In this document: in pieces, positions 26,953 to 34,037 of the stretch
Layout: each line of letters begins with the position of its first letter
How positions within the stretch are numbered: the first letter of the stretch is position 1
Virus record (IMG/VR): IMGVR_UViG_3300049983_000004
Location: 1 to 34,037 of that record
DNA from: a virus
Taxonomy: Duplodnaviria; Caudoviricetes
Reading direction: 5' to 3' (one strand)
DNA: 34,037 nt
The notes under the pieces: generated by a model
Seen by the model: the letters and a program-made list of their open reading frames with translations, nothing else
What the model was told of the DNA's origin: nothing
The model's database searches: none
Program-made: the position numbers and the translations under genes

Positions 26953-27993
26953 ATGAGAACTGAAAATACCCAAATAGCAATTTCCACCGTGTGCGAATCG
27001 TCTTTCAACACGCCGAAAACCAGCGCCAGCGATTTCGAAGGCCTGCCCACGACCGAGCCCTTTTTTCTTCTTCCGAAGGTTGAAAAGGTAAACGACGGGG
27101 GCCGTGTCGGCCGCAACGCCCCGACGCATCTCTGCAATACTTACTGGTCGCACGGCGAGGTCTCGATCAAGGACGATGTCGACACCAATGTGCCGGCGAA
27201 GCTTCTCCGGCGCGCGCTCGGCGGGGCATCGACCCCGACGGCCGTTGCCGCCGGCGTTTTCGATCACAACTTTACCATCCTGCCGCCGCAGCTGGGCGAC
27301 GTTCTGCCTTCGTTCAATATTGTGGCGATCCTCGGCGCGTCGGATTTCCTGCTTTCCGGCTGCATGACCGACACCATCAAGTTCAGCCAGAAAAACGCCG
27401 ATCGCGTGCAGTATGAGGCAAACCTGGTCGGCAGCGGCAAATTCACAAGCCCCTCGGCCATCACTCCCTTTCCGGCGATGGCGAACACGCCCTGCATGGA
27501 CGGCTTCAAGGTCGAGGTGAAGTATACGGACGTCGACGCGACGGTCGTCAATCTCTCTACCCTCGGCAAAGTGGTCGAATGGATGGTAGAGCATAAAAAT
27601 AATATCCGCCGCGACAAGCGCCGGACCGGCGACCCGATCCAAACGATCACGAATGTAGGAAGCGCGGCCCACGCCCGCAAGCAGCCCCGCGGAAAGTATG
27701 AAACGACGGCGCAGGTCACCGTGGATTTTAACGATCTTTCGGACTGGAACAAGTCGATAAAGAACGAGCAGCTGACCAATCTGAGCTTTCTTATCCCGGG
27801 CCCGCAGATCGGCACCACCATTTATCGTCACGAATTCGAGATCATCATCCCGCTGTTCAGCTTCGAGACGCCCGACACCGGCGACGACGACGGCGACGCG
27901 ACGACGCCGATCAACATCATTTGCCTGGAAGATCCGGTAACCAAAGGGACCATGAAAGTGCGGATCAGGAATGCGACGTCGACGCTCGCGTAG
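26953..27993 (+). CDS. Major tail tube protein
   Basis: 346 aa, beta/Thr-rich; E.SFNTP start, HNFT and GC.......S motifs; synteny. Confidence 0.8.
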   Translation: MRTENTQIAISTVCESSFNTPKTSASDFEGLPTTEPFFLLPKVEKVNDGGRVGRNAPTHLCNTYWSHGEVSIKDDVDTNVPAKLLRRALGGASTPTAVAAGVFDHNFTILPPQLGDVLPSFNIVAILGASDFLLSGCMTDTIKFSQKNADRVQYEANLVGSGKFTSPSAITPFPAMANTPCMDGFKVEVKYTDVDATVVNLSTLGKVVEWMVEHKNNIRRDKRRTGDPIQTITNVGSAAHARKQPRGKYETTAQVTVDFNDLSDWNKSIKNEQLTNLSFLIPGPQIGTTIYRHEFEIIIPLFSFETPDTGDDDGDATTPINIICLEDPVTKGTMKVRIRNATSTLA

Positions 27994-28088
27994 CGGCCGG
28001 TCCAAAGTCCGTAGTCCAAAGTCCAAAGTCGGACGAACGCTTTTGACCTTGGACTTTGGACCTTGGACCTTGGACTCTTGAGAAAATT

Positions 28089-28316
28089 ATGCCAAAAAAA
28101 ACAACAAAAACAACCGAAGAACTGACCGAGGAATTCTTTGCGTTCGAGCGCACTGAATATGAAAAACGGGTGCCCGCGGCGTTTCCGCGAGTACCGGTAA
28201 TGGCGCTGGCCGAGTTAAGCGAGCTACCGGATTTTGAAGACAGCCCCGCGGAACCGGAACCGCCGGAAGTGCCAATGGAAGAACTGCCCCTGGTGAAACC
28301 GGGGCTCAAGGTTTAG
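28089..28316 (+). CDS. Small acidic Pro/Glu-rich protein (75 aa)
   Basis: ORF between the tail tube and chaperone genes. Confidence 0.5.
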   Translation: MPKKTTKTTEELTEEFFAFERTEYEKRVPAAFPRVPVMALAELSELPDFEDSPAEPEPPEVPMEELPLVKPGLKV

Positions 28317-28431
28317 CCGGTTTTGGATCTTTGACCTTTGATCTTGGACCTTTGATTCTTCCTTTAAATTACCGTCAGCTAAAGCAGACGGCAATTTAAA
28401 CCGGAAACGCGAACAGAAGGAGATAATAATT

Positions 28432-29292
28432 TTGAACGAAGAAGTTTTGGAACAGAACCACCCCGGCGCGGACGCGCCACCCCTCCTCGATAAGGAAGGG
28501 AGCTTAGAAACAAACCCAGCGCTCGCCGGCGCGCCGCCCCGCCTGGCCGGGAAGGGGAACGCAGAGCGCGGGCAGGATGCCCCCGATACTGCCCGCGCGC
28601 CTGCGGCGCTGCAGCCAACCGGCTACAAGCTGGACTGGCAGGATGCCGAAATCCGCCTTGCCAAAGGGCGGTTTACACACACGCTCTCGCGGCCATCCGC
28701 GGAAATGATGATCGCGCGCGAGGACGAGCTCCAGCCCGAAATACCGATCGCCAAAGACGGGAGCTTTGCCCTGCCGGATTCGACCGCGCAGGAGGAAACC
28801 GACGCCAGGTATTACGACCGGATCGTCATAAAAACCGAGGGTTACACCGCCGAGATACCGACCGCTCACAAGGCGGCCGCCTTCCAGGGGCTCTTTCGCC
28901 GCGAGATCTATCTCGACCCCGGGTGCGATATCTTCGGCGCCGAGGTCACGGTCCTGGAAGAGATCGGCGGCGGGGAAGAGCCGGATTTCACCATCCGTCA
29001 CACCCTGCGCCAGCCGACCGAGGCCGAGCTAAAAAAATGCCGGCAAGGTTCGTCCGGCGGGCGTCTTTTGCCCGACAAGCGCGGACGGCAAAAGCTCGTC
29101 ACCTCGTCGAACCTTCGCTCGGCGATGCGCTTTTACAACACCTGGCTGGTCAGGGTCGAGGGCGCTACCGTCGGCGGAAACACCTTCTCCCCCGATAAAC
29201 GGGACGAGTTTGTCGCCCTGGTCGACCCGCTTATCCAGCGCAAGGTCGTCACCGTTTTGGTCGACGAGCTGACCGGCGGATTATTGGACTAG
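28432..29292 (+). CDS. Tail assembly chaperone (gpG position)
   Basis: Position between tube and tape measure; AGGAG RBS before TTG; two similar H.L..P(S/T)AE subdomains. Confidence 0.7.
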   Translation: MNEEVLEQNHPGADAPPLLDKEGSLETNPALAGAPPRLAGKGNAERGQDAPDTARAPAALQPTGYKLDWQDAEIRLAKGRFTHTLSRPSAEMMIAREDELQPEIPIAKDGSFALPDSTAQEETDARYYDRIVIKTEGYTAEIPTAHKAAAFQGLFRREIYLDPGCDIFGAEVTVLEEIGGGEEPDFTIRHTLRQPTEAELKKCRQGSSGGRLLPDKRGRQKLVTSSNLRSAMRFYNTWLVRVEGATVGGNTFSPDKRDEFVALVDPLIQRKVVTVLVDELTGGLLD

Positions 29293-29687
29293 CCGAAGCT
29301 CTCGCCGCTCATTTCTGCGGCCATATCGACTGCGTCAACCAGACGAAGGGCGAGAGCTGCCCGGGTTCCGCGGAGTGCCGCGATACGCGCGGAATGCCGC
29401 TCAACCGGTACGCCGCGACCCAGACGGAGGATGAAATATGCAGGGGCTGCCGGCTGCTGCCGACCAAGCCGGAAGCCGTCCCCGAGGAGTTGCAGGGGTT
29501 TATATACCAGGCGCTGGGCCTCTCGGAGCTGGAGCGCGCGGGCGCGAAATTCGACTACCCCGGCGGGCTGAGCCCACTGGAATGGGACCTGCTTCGCGGG
29601 CTGATCCGGGGCCGCGAGCGGGCCGAAAATCTCCGGCAGGAGCGCGAGCGAGCCGACGAACGGCTGCAGGAGAAGAAAAGACGATGA
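29280..29687 (+). CDS. Second tail chaperone segment (gpT position), Cys-rich, possibly reached by -1 frameshift
   Basis: The -1 frame is open from 29199 to 29687 and reads IIGLAEALAAHFCGHIDC...CPG...C...CRGC; first ATG only at 29394; true start uncertain. Confidence 0.6.
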   Translation: MIGLAEALAAHFCGHIDCVNQTKGESCPGSAECRDTRGMPLNRYAATQTEDEICRGCRLLPTKPEAVPEELQGFIYQALGLSELERAGAKFDYPGGLSPLEWDLLRGLIRGRERAENLRQERERADERLQEKKRR

Positions 29688-29810
29688 AAAGAAGTCCAAA
29701 GTCCAATGTCCAAAGTCCAATGTCGCCTTTTTCCGACCTTGGACCTTGGACATTGCACCTTATCTTCCAATCCGCGATCCAAAATCCAAAATCTAAAATC
29801 CAAAACCGGT

Positions 29811-32800
29811 ATGGCTGACCTAACTATTTCAATCTCACTCGACGCTTCGGGTCTTACTTCGGGTATTCAAAATGCGAGATCCGAGATGGAATCGCTTGCC
29901 CGGACCAATCTTGCCGCCCTCGGCGGACAGTTCAAAAATATCGGCGAGAGCATAAAGGCCGCGGGCGAAAAGATCAGCGGTTTCGGGCAATCGCTCACCT
30001 CGAGCCTGACCGGGCCGCTTGTGCACCTCGCGGAGATGGGCCTCGGGTTTTCGGCCATGCGCGAGCGCGCCGAGCTTTCTTTCTCGGTCCTCCTGGACAG
30101 CGGCGAAAAGGCCAAGGCCCTGATGGCCGATCTGACCTCCTTCGCCGATGCGACCCCCTTCGAGTCGCAGGAGATCATCGATGCCGGTAAAAAACTGGTC
30201 TCATTCGGCGTCGACGCCAAAGACGTAAAAGGTATCCTGACCGATCTGGGCGACACGGCCGCCACGATGGAGGTAAATATAACGGACGTCGCGAGCGCTT
30301 TCGGCCGTCTCAAGGCCGGTGATTTCGGCGAGGCGTTCGAACGGTTTCGCGATTTCGGCATCTCCCGCGAAATGCTCGAGGGCCAGGGGCTCAAATTCGA
30401 CAAATCCGGCCAGTTCAAGGGAAGCGTGGACGAGGCCATGAACGCCGTGCGCGCCGTGATGAAAGACAAGTTCGGCGGCACGATGGACAAGCTGTCCGAT
30501 TCGGTCTCCGGCAAGCTGGCCACGCTCGCGGACAAGGCCAAGGGGCTGCTCGTAAAGCTTTTCGAGCCGGTCCAGCCGGCCCTTGCCCAATCGCTCGACT
30601 ACCTTATCAAGGTGGTCGAAAACGTCATTACATGGTTTGAAAACGCGCCGGCCGGGGTAAAAGTATTCATCCTGGTGCTGGGCGCGCTCGCCGCCGCGAT
30701 CGGCCCGGTGCTGGTCGTGCTCGGCACTATCGTAACGGCTGTCGGGGCGTTTATATCCGCCATCGGCGCGATTGCCGCGGGCGGCACGGCCGCCGTCGTG
30801 ATCGCCGCGATCGCCGCCGCCATCGGTATTCTGGTCGCCGGGATCGGCATTGCTATCGGTGTCGTCTACGCCCTGAAAGAGGCTTGGGATAACGGCTTCG
30901 GCCCGATCGCATCGGTCGTCGCCATTGCCGTCGGACTGATCCTGACCGCCATTTCGCCCATCCTAGGCCTGCCCATCCTGATCGGCGCGGTCGCGATGAC
31001 CATCTACGAGATGTGGGCGACCAATTTCGGCGGGCTGCAGGAATTTACCGCCGTACTCTGGGCCAAGGTCCAGGAATATTTCAACATCGCGATGACCGCT
31101 ATCAAGCAGCTGGTCAACGATATCGGCGGCGACGTCATCGCCTGGTGGACTGAAAATTACCCGCTTATCCAGCAGACCGTCCAGACCGTATCCGATGCGA
31201 TGCGCGCCTATATCCAGAATTTTCTCAATGCGGTTAAGGCTTTCTGGGACCTCCACGGCGAGCAGATCATGTCGGTCGTCAAATCGATCTGGACCATTAT
31301 CTCGACCGTCGTGCGCACCGGCGTAAACGTTATTCTCGGCGTGGTCCGGATGGTAATGCAGATCATCAACGGCGACTGGGCCGGCGCCTGGAACACAGCC
31401 TTAAGTATCGTTCAGAAGATCAACAGCGCCATTTGGAAGGTCCTCGGCGAGCTCGGAAATATCGTCGTCAAGGCCCTGGCGTTCGTCCTCACCGAGATCG
31501 CGAGCCTGGCGACCAGGGCCGCTACGCAGGCAGCCAGGATCGGCGAGAATATCGTCAACGGCATTATAAACGGCATCTCGTCGCTGGCCGGCAGCCTGAA
31601 GAATTACGCCAGGTCTCTTATCACCAGCATGTTCGGCGTGATGAACAACGCCGCCGAGACGCGCTCGCCCTCGATGGTCACGACCCGGATGGGCATGTTT
31701 ATCGGCCTCGGCCTGGTGAACGGGCTTAATAATGCCGCCCCGCTGGTAAACACGGCGGCGAAAAAGATGGTCGAATCGTCGCTGGGCAATATGGGCAAGG
31801 AGGCGAAAAAGGCGGTCAAGGAATTTCAGGACCTGGCCGGCTCGACCGCGCAGCAGCGGCAGGATACCGTAACCATCGCGCAATTCGGCGAGGGTAAATC
31901 CCATCTCGACGAGCTGATCAAGCTCCGCGCCGAGCTCAACCAAAATGTCAGCCAGGCGCTGCCCAAGACGCTGGCCGGCGTCAACGACGAGCTGAAAGAG
32001 CTCGGCAAACAAAAACAGGGTATAAAGGACGCCGCCGACATGCTGGCGCAGTTCGACGAGCAGATCGGCAAGATCAAAAATAAGGACGTCCGCAAGAGCA
32101 ATCTCGACCGCGCCAACGAGCTGTTGGCCGACCCGGTCCGCTCCCGGGGCATCGCCGACGGCGGCGTCGAGCTAAGGAAAAAAGCCGCGGAGCTCGATGA
32201 GCTTTCCCGCGTCCAGGCCATCACGGCGGCGCGTGAAAAAATGAACGCATCCGTGGCCGGCGCCAACCAGCAGCTGGCCGATGAGATCGCCCTGCTCGAA
32301 GCCAAAAAAGCGAAGAATTTCGAGATGACCGCTGCCGAGCAGCAGGCTTTCCAACAGAATTTAAAGAACGCCGAAGAGCTCAGGAAATTTCGCGAGAGCC
32401 TCGAAAAAGACGGCCTGAATAAATCGGATATCGACGGCCTGGTCGAGGAAATGCAGCGCCAGCAGGCAGCGGTCGAGCAGCTGAAGGAGTCCAAAGCGTC
32501 GCTCGAGGCGCAGGACAAGCTCTATACCGATACCATGGGCGGTATGAATGCGACCCTCGCCGAGCTGAACCAAAAACTCGCCGGTAATACCCAGCTGACC
32601 GAGGCCGATACGCTTGCCAAGATCAAGCTGACCGAGGCTTACGCGGGGCTCACCGCCGAGCAGAAAAAGAACCTCGAGGACAAGGCCAAAGAGGTCGCGA
32701 AAAAGAGGGAACAGGTCGAGGACTTTGAAAAGGCCAAAAAACAGATGGAGGAATTCAAGGGCTTTATCAAGGATTCGCTCAACACCCTGGTCAACGACGG

Positions 32801-34037
32801 CTTCGGCGCGATGTTCAAGAGTATCTTCGATAAATTCAAGAAGATGCTGATCGATATGGCCGTCGAGTGGATCACCTCCAAGCTCTATAAGTTGATCTTC
32901 AAAGACGGCCAGGCCTCGGGCTCCGGCGGAGGGGCCGGCGGGATACTCCAGTCGTTCCTCGGGTTCCTCGGGATCGGTAAAAAAGGCTCCGGCGCGGCGG
33001 GTTCGGATGGCGGCGGCGGTTCGGACGGTGGCGGTAAGGTCGGCAGTTTCGGCGGGTTATTCGACCCGATCAAACCGATCTTCGGCGGGAAAAACGCCGC
33101 GCCCAGCCAGCTGGCCGGCACGATGAGCGGTATCGGGGCCCTCGCTACCCTGGCCGGCAGCATGATCGGCGGCCGGGTCGGCGGAATCATTTCGATGGCC
33201 GGCACGGGCATGTCGATCGGCGCCATGTTCGGCGGCCCGGTCGGGGCGGCCATTGGCGCCGGGGTAGGCGCGCTGGTCGGGCTCTTTATGGGCGACCCCA
33301 AGAAAAAGATCGACAAGAAAGAGAACATGCCCAAGCTGCAAAAAGGCTTTACCGATGCCATGCAGCAGCTGCGCGATCTGATGAACGACCGCAACGCGCT
33401 CTTCGGCGACCCCGAAGGCGCCGTGGCCAAGGCGATGGAGATCCGCGGGGCGATAGCCTCGGGTTTCGGCATCGAGTTCCAGTCGAAGAAGTATAAGAAA
33501 GAGGCCGCGGGCATGATCGCCTCCAAGCTGGTCGAGGCCGACCAATTGATCAAGCAGATCAAGGAAATGGCCGACATGGCGCGCGCGGCGAACAGCGTAA
33601 ATACCCGGCTCGAGGCCGAATTCGCGACCGGCGTATTTGCCGACCGGGCGTTCATCCGGCAGCACACCAACTTCAAACGCCGCAACGGGCTGCTCGCCGG
33701 CGGCTGGACCGGACGCGACACGCTGCCCTCGATGCTCGCGGCGGGTGAGATGGTGCTCAATCCGAAACAGATCGACCGCGTCAGGTCCAATGCCGGGTTC
33801 GACGCCTTCCGCGGCGCCGGTATCCCGAACTACGCCTCGGGGACCTTTGTCGGCCCATCGACCAGTGCCGCTCCCGCTCCGGCAGCCGCGCCGGTGATGG
33901 TCCAGATCGTGCTCAACAATTCGGGCATCGTCGAATCGGACATCAAGGGCGTGCTGGTAAACGGCCTGAAACAGCCGGACGTCCAGGTCGAGCTCGTCAA
34001 GGCTTACGACAAGGGCAAGACGCGGGCGAGGAATTGA
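29811..34037 (+). CDS. Tail tape measure protein (1408 aa)
   Basis: FADATPFE tape-measure domain, hydrophobic TM stretch, periodic Trp/Phe repeats with GDW.GAW, coiled coil, and C-terminal G.DTLPSML..GEMVLN. Confidence 0.93.
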   Translation: MADLTISISLDASGLTSGIQNARSEMESLARTNLAALGGQFKNIGESIKAAGEKISGFGQSLTSSLTGPLVHLAEMGLGFSAMRERAELSFSVLLDSGEKAKALMADLTSFADATPFESQEIIDAGKKLVSFGVDAKDVKGILTDLGDTAATMEVNITDVASAFGRLKAGDFGEAFERFRDFGISREMLEGQGLKFDKSGQFKGSVDEAMNAVRAVMKDKFGGTMDKLSDSVSGKLATLADKAKGLLVKLFEPVQPALAQSLDYLIKVVENVITWFENAPAGVKVFILVLGALAAAIGPVLVVLGTIVTAVGAFISAIGAIAAGGTAAVVIAAIAAAIGILVAGIGIAIGVVYALKEAWDNGFGPIASVVAIAVGLILTAISPILGLPILIGAVAMTIYEMWATNFGGLQEFTAVLWAKVQEYFNIAMTAIKQLVNDIGGDVIAWWTENYPLIQQTVQTVSDAMRAYIQNFLNAVKAFWDLHGEQIMSVVKSIWTIISTVVRTGVNVILGVVRMVMQIINGDWAGAWNTALSIVQKINSAIWKVLGELGNIVVKALAFVLTEIASLATRAATQAARIGENIVNGIINGISSLAGSLKNYARSLITSMFGVMNNAAETRSPSMVTTRMGMFIGLGLVNGLNNAAPLVNTAAKKMVESSLGNMGKEAKKAVKEFQDLAGSTAQQRQDTVTIAQFGEGKSHLDELIKLRAELNQNVSQALPKTLAGVNDELKELGKQKQGIKDAADMLAQFDEQIGKIKNKDVRKSNLDRANELLADPVRSRGIADGGVELRKKAAELDELSRVQAITAAREKMNASVAGANQQLADEIALLEAKKAKNFEMTAAEQQAFQQNLKNAEELRKFRESLEKDGLNKSDIDGLVEEMQRQQAAVEQLKESKASLEAQDKLYTDTMGGMNATLAELNQKLAGNTQLTEADTLAKIKLTEAYAGLTAEQKKNLEDKAKEVAKKREQVEDFEKAKKQMEEFKGFIKDSLNTLVNDGFGAMFKSIFDKFKKMLIDMAVEWITSKLYKLIFKDGQASGSGGGAGGILQSFLGFLGIGKKGSGAAGSDGGGGSDGGGKVGSFGGLFDPIKPIFGGKNAAPSQLAGTMSGIGALATLAGSMIGGRVGGIISMAGTGMSIGAMFGGPVGAAIGAGVGALVGLFMGDPKKKIDKKENMPKLQKGFTDAMQQLRDLMNDRNALFGDPEGAVAKAMEIRGAIASGFGIEFQSKKYKKEAAGMIASKLVEADQLIKQIKEMADMARAANSVNTRLEAEFATGVFADRAFIRQHTNFKRRNGLLAGGWTGRDTLPSMLAAGEMVLNPKQIDRVRSNAGFDAFRGAGIPNYASGTFVGPSTSAAPAPAAAPVMVQIVLNNSGIVESDIKGVLVNGLKQPDVQVELVKAYDKGKTRARN

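Noticed and set aside
26935-33790. Long antisense ORFs (e.g. 26935-28026, 32885-33790)
   Set aside because: They are shadows of GC-rich sense genes with no recognisable motifs.
22330-34037. Contractile injection system or R-type tailocin
   Set aside because: No sheath gene is seen, and capsid, portal and terminase are present.

Overview
Bacterial chromosomal window. The host is probably Acidobacteriota (Blastocatellia/Pyrinomonadaceae-like), inferred from the style of the CSLREA secreted protein and the repeat-filled intergenic spaces; this is not verified. It carries an apparently intact, + strand siphovirus-type late-gene set split into two blocks. Block 1 (3.2-11.8 kb) encodes a membrane-anchored lysozyme-fold lysin, a Cys peptidase, a holin, an overlapped spanin-like pair, a large terminase, an SPP1-type portal, and a MuF head protein fused to a putative RNase toxin plus an immunity gene. 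Block 2 (22.3-34.0 kb) encodes scaffold, major capsid, head-tail genes, tail tube, tail chaperones and a 1408-aa tape measure. About 10.5 kb of ordinary host genes separate the blocks, including tRNA-Glu(CTC), an RRM RNA-binding protein, secreted and membrane proteins, a SUKH protein and a DUF559 nuclease. No integrase, replication, CI-like repressor or small terminase gene is recognisable. Host REP/MITE palindromes and 7-8 nt tandem repeats fill the junctions between phage genes and are even inserted in frame inside terminase, portal, lysin, MuF and chaperone. The best reading is a long-domesticated phage-derived particle system (gene-transfer-agent-like or toxin-delivering). All product calls come from motif recognition by eye; no searches were run.
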